64,000 bases of DNA from contig JABHYO010000087.1 in the NCBI GenBank assembly GCA_018656865.1, positions 2,099-66,098 of the forward strand. Reading direction: 5' to 3'. The DNA comes from Gammaproteobacteria bacterium (lineage in GTDB: Bacteria > Pseudomonadota > Gammaproteobacteria > Pseudomonadales > Azotimanducaceae). This document shows, piece after piece, positions 42,936 through 52,611 of this stretch; the stretch's first letter is position 1, and each line of letters starts with the position of its first letter. The notes beneath the pieces were generated by a model. The model was not told where the DNA came from. It was given only the letters and a program-made list of their open reading frames with translations, and did no database searches. A program made the translations under genes and the position numbers.

Positions 42936-45548
42936 CTAGCCCGTGTTACGCATACTGGCAGCGATACCGGCGATAGTGACCAGTAGCGCTTTGTGTGCCT
43001 GTTCAAGATTTTCAGACTCTGCGCTGCGGCAACGCTTGATCAATTCGATCTGAAGCAGGTGCAGGGGGTCGGTGTAGGGATGACGCAGATCGAGGGTATG
43101 TTTAATTTCCGGGTTGTTCTGCAGAAGCTCTTCCTGGTTTTTGATCCGGTTGACACTGCCGATCAATCCGGTAAGGCGTTGCCTGAAATCCCTACCCATA
43201 TCCTGAAGTTCGTCGGGCACCAGGCTTTCGTCATATCGAGCGGCTATTTCTGTGTCCGACTTGCTGAGTACCATCTCCAGCATGTTGATCTGAGTCTGAA
43301 AAAAGGGCCATTCCTCGATCATCTCTCTTAAGACATGCCAGTCCTTACCTGAGAGCTCTTCATCCAGTGCGGTGTCGGTGCCGAGCCAGGCAGGTAGCAT
43401 GAGGCGTTTCTGGGTCCAGGCAAAGACCCAGGGTATTGCCCGCAGTTCAGAGATGGAGCGATCAGTGTCCGAACCGCTGCGACGCGCCGGGCGTGAACCG
43501 AGCGCCAGTTGTGCCAGTTCTCGCTCTGGTGTTCCATCGGCAAAATAATCGATGAAATCACGATTCGACTGAACAGTGTTGCGGTAACTTTCGCAGGCCA
43601 CATCAGCGAGTCGCTGTACTAGCAGGCGCCAGTTTTCTCTTGGCTTCGGCGGTGGTAGAAGGCTGGCCTCAATGGCAGAACTCAGCACCATGTCAAGATT
43701 GATCAGGGCCAGGGGTGGTGAGCCATATTTAAACCGAATCATTTCACCTTGTTCAGTGACTCGAATACTGTTCTTCACGGATCCCGGTGGTTGGGAAAGG
43801 ATAGCTTGTCTTGCCGGTGCACCACCGCGGCCGGGTGCGCCACCGCGACCGTGGAAAAGAGTCAGATCGATAGAATACTTTGTGGCGACGGTCACCAATT
43901 CCTCTTGAGCCCGGTATTGTGCCCAGGCAGCCGCCATCTGCCCGGCATCCTTTGCGGAATCAGAGTATCCGATCATGATTTGCTGCGACCCACCGATATG
44001 GTCCCTATACCAGTTGGTTCTTAGCAGCCGTTCCAGTGTCCAGGCAGCGTTCTCGAGATCGTCCAGTGTTTCGAACAATGGCACGACAGGTAGCACTCTG
44101 GTGACACCGCATTTGCGGAGCAATAAAACAACGCCGAGTACATCGGATGGCCGTTTAGCCATAGAGATGATGTAGCTGGCTATGCCATGGCCGTTGTTCT
44201 GTCCAATCAGGCGAAAGGTCTTCAGTGTCTCAGCGGCCTCTCCCTCGGGCACCCAGGTGTCTGGCATAAGTGGTCGCTTTGACTCCAGTTCCTGTATCAG
44301 GAAGTCCGTACGTGCTTTTTCTGACCAGCTTTGATAACTGCCAAGTTCTAGATATTTCGTTATGGCGTCGAGCAGCTCGATGTGTCGATCTGAACTCTGA
44401 CGAATATCGAGTTCCACCAGGGTGACCCCGAATGTATGAGCCCGGATCAGCGTTTCTTTTAGTAGTCCGTCGGCAATGATGCTCATGCCACAATCCTGCA
44501 GCGAGTCATAACAGGTCATGAGAGGAACAGTCAGGTCGCTACTCGTCAGGATCAAGTCTTCGTGCGATGGGGCATCTGTCTCAGCCCAGTCTCTGGTCAG
44601 CGTTAGCCGCTCGCGCAGGTTGCGTAAGACAAATCGATAGGGTTCGCTGGAATCAGCAGGGCATTGTGACTGAAGGGCTTCATTGCAGTTTGACATGGAC
44701 AGTTGCGCCAACAGTTCTTCAATGTCGCGCAGGTACAGGTCTGCAGCCATCCATCTTGCCAGGCGAAGAACTTCGCCGGTAACGATAGAGGTTACATTGG
44801 GGTTGCCGTCACGGTCGCCGCCCATCCAGGATGAGATCTTAATCGGTGCGACATGCAGAGGTAGTTGCTCTCCGGTGTGGCGTAAAACGATATCCTCCAG
44901 TCGCATCCAGAGATTAGGTATTGCTGTCCAGAGAGAATGTTCAATAACCGCATAACCCCAGATCGCTTCGTCCTGCGGTGTGGGGCGTTCGGTTCGAATC
45001 TCATCGGTATACCAGACTTCCGCGATGAGTCTTTCCAGTTCTATCCGATCCTCTGGGTCAAGAGAGGTACCCTCGTTGACGTTTTCAAGGGCGGAGGCAA
45101 TTCGGTTGTATTTTTGGATCAGGGTTCGGCGCGTGATCTCCGTTGGATGGGCTGTCAGAACAAGGTCGCAGTGCATCTGATTGATGATGTTCAGAATTTC
45201 ATGTTTGTCGATGCCCTGATCTATGAGGCGCTCAAACAAATCCTCAAGCTGCGATCCACCGCTGGTTGCAGTTGATTCAGCCTGTTCAGCGATGTTGGTG
45301 AGGTTTAGAAACTGATTAAAAGCGCGGGCGATAGAGATCAGATTGTTGTCATCGAGTGTAGTCAGCACCCGTTTCAGTTTTTCATAGTCACCGCTGTCAG
45401 AAGACTGGCGTGTGGCTTTGGCGAGCAGCCTGATCTCCTCGACCTTGTCGAGAAAGGGCTGACCGTGTTGCTCTGTCATCCTATCCCCCAAAATGGTGCT
45501 GAGGGTACGGACGCGGTGACGTAGGCGTTTTGAAATCAGGTCATTCAT
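42936..45548 (-). CDS. ppc: Phosphoenolpyruvate carboxylase
   Basis: VLTAHPTEITRRT, GYSDSAKDAG, FHGRGG, and the C-terminal ...MRNTG end typical of PEPC. Confidence 0.95.
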   Translation of the reverse strand: MNDLISKRLRHRVRTLSTILGDRMTEQHGQPFLDKVEEIRLLAKATRQSSDSGDYEKLKRVLTTLDDNNLISIARAFNQFLNLTNIAEQAESTATSGGSQLEDLFERLIDQGIDKHEILNIINQMHCDLVLTAHPTEITRRTLIQKYNRIASALENVNEGTSLDPEDRIELERLIAEVWYTDEIRTERPTPQDEAIWGYAVIEHSLWTAIPNLWMRLEDIVLRHTGEQLPLHVAPIKISSWMGGDRDGNPNVTSIVTGEVLRLARWMAADLYLRDIEELLAQLSMSNCNEALQSQCPADSSEPYRFVLRNLRERLTLTRDWAETDAPSHEDLILTSSDLTVPLMTCYDSLQDCGMSIIADGLLKETLIRAHTFGVTLVELDIRQSSDRHIELLDAITKYLELGSYQSWSEKARTDFLIQELESKRPLMPDTWVPEGEAAETLKTFRLIGQNNGHGIASYIISMAKRPSDVLGVVLLLRKCGVTRVLPVVPLFETLDDLENAAWTLERLLRTNWYRDHIGGSQQIMIGYSDSAKDAGQMAAAWAQYRAQEELVTVATKYSIDLTLFHGRGGAPGRGGAPARQAILSQPPGSVKNSIRVTEQGEMIRFKYGSPPLALINLDMVLSSAIEASLLPPPKPRENWRLLVQRLADVACESYRNTVQSNRDFIDYFADGTPERELAQLALGSRPARRSGSDTDRSISELRAIPWVFAWTQKRLMLPAWLGTDTALDEELSGKDWHVLREMIEEWPFFQTQINMLEMVLSKSDTEIAARYDESLVPDELQDMGRDFRQRLTGLIGSVNRIKNQEELLQNNPEIKHTLDLRHPYTDPLHLLQIELIKRCRSAESENLEQAHKALLVTIAGIAASMRNTG

Positions 45549-45622
45549 GAAAGTGATTTTACACCGCAGCTGCCTTTAAAGCAGCGTACAATCAATACTG
45601 TAATGAAACAAAGGAGAATTAC

Positions 45623-46369
45623 GTGGACGAACTGGATATGAGTGGGAAGGTTGTTTTGATCACTGGCGGCAGCCGTGGTTTGGGTCATGCCATGTCGCTC
45701 GGTTTCGCACGTCATGGTGCTGATGTTGCCATTGTCAGCCGTAAGATTGATAGCTGTATCGAAACGGCAAAGGAAGTCGAAGCGCTCGGCAGCAAAGCTT
45801 TTCCCTACGCGGCACATGCGGGCGACTGGGCCGGGCTGGATCAGATGGTTGATGCGGTCTATGGCGAGTTCGGCAAGGTGGACGTGCTCATCAATAATGC
45901 TGGCATGTCACCGCTCTATTCATCACTGGACGAGATCAGCGAGGAACTTTTCGATAAGGTCATCGGCGTCAACCTCAAAGGACCTTTCCGTTTGAGCGCG
46001 AATATTGGTGCCCGAATGGCGGAGGGCGATGGTGGTTGTATCATCAATATTTCGAGTACTGCGTCTGTCAAGGCGAGCCCGACCTCGGAACCCTACGGCG
46101 CGGCCAAAGCGGGTCTCAATGCCATCACGCGGTCTTTTGCCTATGCCTACGGTCCCAAGGTCAGAGCCAATTGCATCATGGCGGGACCATTCTTGACGGA
46201 TATATCAAAAGCCTGGGATATGGATGATTTTAACGAGAGGGCGAAAACGATACCGATGCGAAGAGGTGGCCAGCCGGATGAGATTGTCGGTGCAGCTCTC
46301 TATCTGGCAAGCGCAGGGGCAGCTTTCACGACGGGTGCCATCATTGCCGTCGATGGCGGTTCTCACTAG
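45623..46369 (+). CDS. Short-chain dehydrogenase/reductase (classical SDR)
   Basis: TGGSRGLG, NNAG, S...YxxxK (YGAAKAG). GTG start 6 nt after the AAAGGAG SD. Confidence 0.85.
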   Translation: MDELDMSGKVVLITGGSRGLGHAMSLGFARHGADVAIVSRKIDSCIETAKEVEALGSKAFPYAAHAGDWAGLDQMVDAVYGEFGKVDVLINNAGMSPLYSSLDEISEELFDKVIGVNLKGPFRLSANIGARMAEGDGGCIINISSTASVKASPTSEPYGAAKAGLNAITRSFAYAYGPKVRANCIMAGPFLTDISKAWDMDDFNERAKTIPMRRGGQPDEIVGAALYLASAGAAFTTGAIIAVDGGSH

Positions 46370-46374
46370 GAGGC

Positions 46375-46761
46375 TTACTTTTGCCTGATGGCAAAGACGA
46401 AATCCCTGAATATATCCATCAGGGTCTCGTATTTGTAATCAGTAAATTCGCCCGCATCGAAGTACATGCCGTGTTCGTCGCATGCTTCGTATTGGATATG
46501 TGTCTGCACAGGGTCGGAGAGCTCTGACATTTTTTTGCCGCAACGGGGGCAGTTGATATCCCGAATCTCATTGTGTTCCCGACCGACAGCCGGGTCGCCG
46601 TCATCGATGTGATCGGACATCCACTTTTCTTTGAGCTCTTCAGCCTCGCCGATGTCGAACCAGATACCTTTACAACCAGTACAACGATCAACGGTTACGC
46701 CACCGCTAAGGGTGCTTAGTGTGTGTTCCTCCATTGGGGCATGACATTTCGGGCAGTCCAT
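46375..46761 (-). CDS. Double zinc-ribbon protein (zf-TFIIB-like)
   Basis: Two CxxC...CxxC units: CPKCHAPM...CTGCKGIWFD and CPRCGKKM...YEACDEHGMYFD. Confidence 0.6.
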   Translation of the reverse strand: MDCPKCHAPMEEHTLSTLSGGVTVDRCTGCKGIWFDIGEAEELKEKWMSDHIDDGDPAVGREHNEIRDINCPRCGKKMSELSDPVQTHIQYEACDEHGMYFDAGEFTDYKYETLMDIFRDFVFAIRQK

Positions 46762-46884
46762 GGTCTCTCTCCCTTTGAACTAATGACGACATCATGGTGT
46801 CATTATGCATGAAACGAATTAATTGACCATGTGCCGTGGTTTAATATCCTGTCTACACAAACTGTTTAAATAAAGGGACCCAAC

Positions 46885-47964
46885 ATGAAAGCTGCGGTAC
46901 TAAGGGAAGTCGGAAAGCCACTTGAGATTGAGGAGATTGCGATCTCCAAACCTGGTCCAAGAGAGGTTCTGGTTCGAACTGTTGCAGCGGGTGTTTGTCA
47001 TAGTGACCTTCATTTTATCGACGGACTCTACCCGACGAAGATGCCAATTATTATGGGGCACGAATCGGCCGGTGTTGTTGAGCAGGTCGGTGCCGATGTC
47101 AAATATGTACAACCGGGCGATCATGTTATTACCTGTCTTTCTGTGTTTTGTGGCCACTGCGAAATGTGTGTTACTGGCCATTTGAGCTTGTGTGAGAGTC
47201 CGGAAACCCGTCGAGGTGAAGGTGACGAACCTAGATTGTCACAGGAGGGCAATGAGGTGGTCCAATTTGCGGATCTATCGTCTTTCGCTGAGATGATGCT
47301 CGTTCATGAGCACGCTATCGTTAAAATTCGGGAAGATATGCCGCTTGATAGGGCCGCATTGATTGGTTGTAGCGTCACCACCGGTGTTGGTTCCGTTTTC
47401 CACACAGCGGGCGTCGAGCCAGGCAGCACGGTTGCCGTCATAGGTTGTGGAGGAGTCGGTTTGTCAGCCATTAATGGTGCCGCGCTTGCCGGTGCCGGGC
47501 GGGTCATTGCCATTGATACAATGGATAACAAGTTGGAAATGGCAAAAACCTTCGGTGCAACCGATGTCGTCAATGCCTCAGCCGTCGATCCTGTTGCCGC
47601 AGTCAAGGAGATATCCGGTGGCGGCGTTCAATACTCATTCGAAGCCATCGGGCTCAAGGCAACGGCAGAGCAGGCATTCAGAATGCTTCGTCCTGGTGGT
47701 GCTGCGACGATCATCGGCATGATACCGGCCGGCGTTAAGATCGAGCTGACGGGCTCAGCATTTCTGCAGGAAAAGAAGATTCAGGGGTCGATGATGGGGT
47801 CTAACCGCTTTCGGGTCGATATGCCAAGGTTTGTCGATTTCTACCTGGCTGGGAAACTGCACCTGGATGAGATGGTGTCGAAGCGAATCGCACTGGAGGA
47901 CATTAATGTCGCCTTCGAGGATATGAAGGCAGGTAATGTAGCGAGAAGTGTTATCGTTTTTTAA
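46885..47964 (+). CDS. Zinc-dependent alcohol dehydrogenase (MDR family)
   Basis: GVCHSDLH, GHESAGVVEQVG, structural-Zn Cys cluster CGHCEMCVTGHLSLC, GCGGVGLS Rossmann motif. Confidence 0.9.
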   Translation: MKAAVLREVGKPLEIEEIAISKPGPREVLVRTVAAGVCHSDLHFIDGLYPTKMPIIMGHESAGVVEQVGADVKYVQPGDHVITCLSVFCGHCEMCVTGHLSLCESPETRRGEGDEPRLSQEGNEVVQFADLSSFAEMMLVHEHAIVKIREDMPLDRAALIGCSVTTGVGSVFHTAGVEPGSTVAVIGCGGVGLSAINGAALAGAGRVIAIDTMDNKLEMAKTFGATDVVNASAVDPVAAVKEISGGGVQYSFEAIGLKATAEQAFRMLRPGGAATIIGMIPAGVKIELTGSAFLQEKKIQGSMMGSNRFRVDMPRFVDFYLAGKLHLDEMVSKRIALEDINVAFEDMKAGNVARSVIVF

Positions 47965-48567
47965 CTAGCTAACTTCCGATTCCTCCCTGAGGAGAATCCG
48001 GCTTTTGTTCTCCGGGAACTTCGCCGTGATGGGGCCATAGAATTCTCGGAGACGATTCATGTCTACATTGACGTCGGTTGGCAGAAACGAAGGTCCGAGT
48101 CCGGCTTCCTTTTTTTCATAGTCAAGATATCCACAGACGATGGGTATCTGGGCTGCTTCTGCAATCCGATAGAACCCTGATTTCCAATACTCGGTTTTTG
48201 ATCTCGTTCCGGCAGGGGGAACAACGAGATTAATGCCCTCACCATGTTCAATTTCAGCCGCCAGAACCTGAACCATATTATTGGATGTTGATCTGTCGAC
48301 GGCGATTCCACCGAGGAACCGTAGCAGGTATCCTAGAGGCCGCCAGAAGAGTGTGTTCTTACCCAGCCAGTTAATACTGATTCGGAACGAATATGCGGCT
48401 GAGATCAACAATATGAAATCCCAGTTGCTGGTATGGGGTGCCGCGATGATAACCATGTTGTTGGCTTTTGGGGGGCCACCAGCGAGTTTCCAGCCGCAAA
48501 TACGAAGAACACTAGTGCCTAACAGGTACGCAATGGTGCTGCAGGCACGGGGCTCATCATTGTTCAT
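47965..48567 (-). CDS. PlsC-family acyltransferase (1-acyl-sn-glycerol-3-phosphate acyltransferase-like)
   Basis: HxxxxD motif APHTSNWD and a downstream PAGTRS block. Confidence 0.75.
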   Translation of the reverse strand: MNNDEPRACSTIAYLLGTSVLRICGWKLAGGPPKANNMVIIAAPHTSNWDFILLISAAYSFRISINWLGKNTLFWRPLGYLLRFLGGIAVDRSTSNNMVQVLAAEIEHGEGINLVVPPAGTRSKTEYWKSGFYRIAEAAQIPIVCGYLDYEKKEAGLGPSFLPTDVNVDMNRLREFYGPITAKFPENKSRILLREESEVS

Positions 48568-48749
48568 AGGGGTACTCCGGGAGGGCCAGTGAAATGTAGC
48601 ATTTCTGAGCTGGTTTACAAAGCAGTTACAAAGTGCCTGTTCGCTGAAAGGCAGACTTTATGCGGAAGAAGAGCGGGCATGTCGGTTGCTTGTTGATAAT
48701 GGGCGACTAATGGAGTAGGTATAGTGATGATTTACGAAGGTCAGTCGAA

Positions 48750-51700
48750 ATGATTAGGAAACTAGCTATTGTTCTGCTGATGCTGCTTGGCGCAACCGCC
48801 TCGGCATCGGACCTGAAAGTTGCTGCGGAAGAAGCACTGATATCCGGCGATATTGAGCTTGCCCTGCAGGCGCATGTGGATCTGCTATTAGAAGATCCAG
48901 ACGATACAGAAGCCTTAGAGGTTGCGGTGATGTTGGCGCAGGAAGCAGGTGTACCCGACCTTGCCATGGAACTGCTGGTCGGTGATGTTGCAAGAGCCAT
49001 CACCCTCGACGACAAAATTAGAGTCCAGATGAGCCTGCAATATATCACCGAGGTGGGTACTGCTGTTCCAGTTTGGGTCGATGAAAGGCTGGCAGAAGCC
49101 AGTCTTGTTACCGAAGATCAGATGGGTGATTTTCAGGCATGGGAAGAACTCAGCACCGATGCTCAGATGATGATGGACCAGGGCGACTTTGAGTCGGCCG
49201 TCGGGGTGGTCGAAGGAGCTTACCTGCTGGCACAGGAATCGTTTGGAGACGATCACTGGTTAACGATCGCGTCGTCACGCGACATAGGCTTCGTTGCGCG
49301 TCAGATGGGTGATGTGGAGACGGCAGATGCGTTTTATAACGAAGCTCTGGCCCTGAGCATGGCTGTGCTTGGTGAGGCACATCCCAACACACAACACATC
49401 GCTGAATTGATGGCGGAGTTGTACACGGCAGCGGGAGCTTTTGAAGAAGCCATGAGTATTCGTGAACTTATCACGGCTAATTACGAGGCGGAATTTGGTG
49501 GCGGTCACATGCTGACTCTGGACTCGATGCTAAACCAGGTTGGGACGCTCCAGGCAGCCGGGGATTTCGGCACGGCGACAGACCTTCTGGCAGGAATTTG
49601 CGGGATGTACGCTGCGAGTCTTTCGGACTACCACCCGCAGTCTATCGAATGCGAAAGCTACCTCGCCCAGATTCTGCGTGATGCCGGCAGTCTCGGTGAG
49701 GCAGAGAAAACACTGCAGGCAATTGCTGCCAGGCTTGCTGCTTCCTCCCCGGGTATCAATGCTGTTGCCGTTGGTACTCTGATGCAACTGGCGGATATCT
49801 CGCAGATGCGAGGTGAATATCAGGTTGCCAAGGAACTGCTGTCTGGTTTGATTGCAACAGCCGGCCAGATTGGCGAAGAAGATCTAAGTTATACGGGTAA
49901 AAACTACCTGGCAAGAATATTGGCGAGCGAGGGTTCTCTCGACGATGCCAGGATGCTGATGGAAGATGTCGTTAGTTTCGGACGTACTGCCTGGGCGGAT
50001 CAGCCATTGCAGTATTACAACAGCGTGCTCGAACTTGGCGGTATCTATCAGCGTCAAAGCAGAATGTCGGAAGCTGAAGCCATTTTTGAAGACTCGATGA
50101 TGGCATTGCTTGAGATTGTCGGTGAATTGCATCCATCGACACTGGTGGCCATGAACAACCTTGGCAACATCTATGAGCAACTGGGGCTCTATGATGACGC
50201 CGAACCATTGCTGAAGCAGACGCTGGCGGGGATGGAAACGGCTCTTGGCCTCAGTCATCCACAGACGGCAAGAGCGAGAAATAACCTGGCCCTGTTGCAC
50301 GAGAGCCAGGGTAATTTCAGGGAGGCGGAGCCTTTATACAACACGAGTTATGAGCATATTGTCGCTGAACTTGGTAATACCCACCCCAATGCGATCGCTA
50401 TGCAGAATAACCTGGCGTTTCTTTACATGATGATGGAGGAGTACGATGCGGCCGCTGCCCTATTTGCCGATCTAATCGAAAGATGGAGCATAAGCGTTGG
50501 TGCGGAACATCAGGATGCTCTAAAGACCAGGAACAACCTTGGCCGCGCCTATCACAGGCTGAATCGCCTGGATGAAGCTGAACAGACCGTTTCAGATGCG
50601 CTTGTTGCCAGACGGGGGACGCTGGGTGAAAAGCATATCGATACCATTCGATCACGGATTGATCTGGGTGCTATCTATCTGGATCAGGGCAGACTCGGTG
50701 ATGCAACAAATGAGCTGACTCTGGCGCTTAAACTCGCGGAAGAGGAAATTGGTGAACAGCACCCCTATACGTTCGAAGCGTTGAATAATCTTGCCAGAGC
50801 GCTCGAGACTCAGGGAAATATCAAACGAGCGGTGGAAATTCGTGAGCTGGGACTTGCGAGGCGGAGTAAATTTCTTGATCGAATGCTATGGGTCACAGGT
50901 GAAAATGCGAGGGAAGGTTATATACGGCTGCATCAGCCTGAGTTGTACGCATACCTTGCGTTATTGGCAAGAAGCGATGATCCCGAGAGGGGCAAGAAGG
51001 CGATAGAAGCGAGCTTGCAGCGAAAGGGGCTGCTGCTGAAAATTACTTCCGAGATCGAACAGATCGCGCAACTGTCCAAAGACCCCCAACTGTCCTCAAT
51101 TTCGGACGGGCTTGAAAGCGCAAGGAAGGACCTTGCAGCACTTACGCTTTCAGGGCCAACAGCAGAAACCAGGGGACGTCATGCGGAAGCGCTCTACGCA
51201 CTTGAACTTCGAGTTAACGAGCTGCAGGGAGAGCTGGGTCGCGCCAGCGTTCGCTATCGCTCCTCTATTGCCGGAGTCACGGCGAGCAAGTTAGCCGAAT
51301 CGTTGGTTGATAACAGCGCCATTGTCGATTACCTGATGTATGAAGAGGAAGGTACCGGGAAGGTGCTTGCTGGTGTCATTGCTAATGTCGATGGTGAAAT
51401 CAGCTACGATCTGGTGGAGTTTCCCGACCGTGCGGAGATCGAAGCATCTGTACTTGAATATCGGGAAATCATTCAGGATGACTTGGCCGATGAAGAAGAC
51501 CTGCTGGAACTCGGGCAGATTGCCTACGACCTGGTTTGGGCGCCAATCGGGGAAGCAATTGGCGATATCGAATATGTCTACCTCGTCCCTGACGGTGTGC
51601 TCAATATCCTGCCTTTTAACGCGCTGATGACTGAGGATGAGGAATATCTTATCCAGACAACGGATCTGCATATTCTGACTTCCGGTCGCGATCTTCTGCC

Positions 51701-52565
51701 TAATGAATATCAGTTGGCAGCAGGAGAGTATGTCATCCTGGCTGGCCCGGATTACAACGCTGACAAGATTGTCGGTGCCGATGAACCCGAAGAAGCGAGT
51801 GCCCGCCGTTCGGCGGCCATGAAGCTTGGGATACGGGGTGCCGGTGGTGGTCTCCGTGGGCTGAATTTTGCTCCACTGCCCGGTGCAGAGGAAGAAGGCA
51901 GGATTATTACAGATCGGGTCGAGGCGAACGAAGAAGAAATCGATGTCTATTTTGGTGAGGAAGCACAGGAACAGGTTCTTGCCAGCATTACCAAAGCGCC
52001 TGAAATACTGCACATGGCGACTCATGGATTTTTTCTTGAGGCTGATGACACTCTGAGAAAGCGGCTGCTGAAGATGCAGCGATCGTCAGATATACAGGTT
52101 CCTCCTCCCGGCGATAACCCTCTGCTTCGAGCCGGTCTTGCATTTGCCGGAATCAATAGCAATGCTCAGTTCCTCGGCGATATCGACACAGTAAATGACG
52201 GCGTTCTAACAGCGCTTGAAGTGCTGGGTTTAGATCTTTCCGGGACTCGTCTTGTCGTCCTTTCAGCCTGTGAAACTGGTCTCGGGGAGATACATGAAGG
52301 CGAGGGTGTCTACGGCCTGAGAAGATCGTTTCAAGAAGCCGGGGTTGCAGAGGTCATCAGTTCTCTGTGGGAAGTCAGCGATGCGGGCACCCAGGCGCTT
52401 ATGACTGACCTTTATGATCGCATTCTCGAGGGTGTGCCGGCGCGCGAAGCGTTGAGGCAGACACAGCTTGACATGCTTGACTCACCCGAATGGGGCTATC
52501 CCTATATTTGGTCGGCCTTTATGATTGTTGGCAGTTATGAATCTGCGGGTATATCGATTCAGTAG
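48750..52565 (+). CDS. Signal-peptide-bearing TPR-repeat protein with a C-terminal CHAT (caspase-like) domain
   Basis: MIRKLAIVLLMLLGATASA signal. About 700 aa of TPR units (NNLGNIYEQLGLYDDAEPL, NNLALLHESQGNFREAEPL, NNLGRAYHRLNRLDEAE ...). CHAT dyad His in HMATHGFF and Cys in VVLSACETG. Confidence 0.85.
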   Translation: MIRKLAIVLLMLLGATASASDLKVAAEEALISGDIELALQAHVDLLLEDPDDTEALEVAVMLAQEAGVPDLAMELLVGDVARAITLDDKIRVQMSLQYITEVGTAVPVWVDERLAEASLVTEDQMGDFQAWEELSTDAQMMMDQGDFESAVGVVEGAYLLAQESFGDDHWLTIASSRDIGFVARQMGDVETADAFYNEALALSMAVLGEAHPNTQHIAELMAELYTAAGAFEEAMSIRELITANYEAEFGGGHMLTLDSMLNQVGTLQAAGDFGTATDLLAGICGMYAASLSDYHPQSIECESYLAQILRDAGSLGEAEKTLQAIAARLAASSPGINAVAVGTLMQLADISQMRGEYQVAKELLSGLIATAGQIGEEDLSYTGKNYLARILASEGSLDDARMLMEDVVSFGRTAWADQPLQYYNSVLELGGIYQRQSRMSEAEAIFEDSMMALLEIVGELHPSTLVAMNNLGNIYEQLGLYDDAEPLLKQTLAGMETALGLSHPQTARARNNLALLHESQGNFREAEPLYNTSYEHIVAELGNTHPNAIAMQNNLAFLYMMMEEYDAAAALFADLIERWSISVGAEHQDALKTRNNLGRAYHRLNRLDEAEQTVSDALVARRGTLGEKHIDTIRSRIDLGAIYLDQGRLGDATNELTLALKLAEEEIGEQHPYTFEALNNLARALETQGNIKRAVEIRELGLARRSKFLDRMLWVTGENAREGYIRLHQPELYAYLALLARSDDPERGKKAIEASLQRKGLLLKITSEIEQIAQLSKDPQLSSISDGLESARKDLAALTLSGPTAETRGRHAEALYALELRVNELQGELGRASVRYRSSIAGVTASKLAESLVDNSAIVDYLMYEEEGTGKVLAGVIANVDGEISYDLVEFPDRAEIEASVLEYREIIQDDLADEEDLLELGQIAYDLVWAPIGEAIGDIEYVYLVPDGVLNILPFNALMTEDEEYLIQTTDLHILTSGRDLLPNEYQLAAGEYVILAGPDYNADKIVGADEPEEASARRSAAMKLGIRGAGGGLRGLNFAPLPGAEEEGRIITDRVEANEEEIDVYFGEEAQEQVLASITKAPEILHMATHGFFLEADDTLRKRLLKMQRSSDIQVPPPGDNPLLRAGLAFAGINSNAQFLGDIDTVNDGVLTALEVLGLDLSGTRLVVLSACETGLGEIHEGEGVYGLRRSFQEAGVAEVISSLWEVSDAGTQALMTDLYDRILEGVPAREALRQTQLDMLDSPEWGYPYIWSAFMIVGSYESAGISIQ

Positions 52566-52611
52566 TTCAGGGTAAAATAATATCCCTGAATTCGCGTGAA
52601 GGAGTGCGCCA

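Noticed and set aside
51291-52025. 244-aa minus-strand ORF inside the CHAT domain region
   Set aside because: The plus strand encodes clear CHAT motifs across this interval. The antisense product has no recognisable features and an odd F/I/C-rich composition typical of shadow frames.
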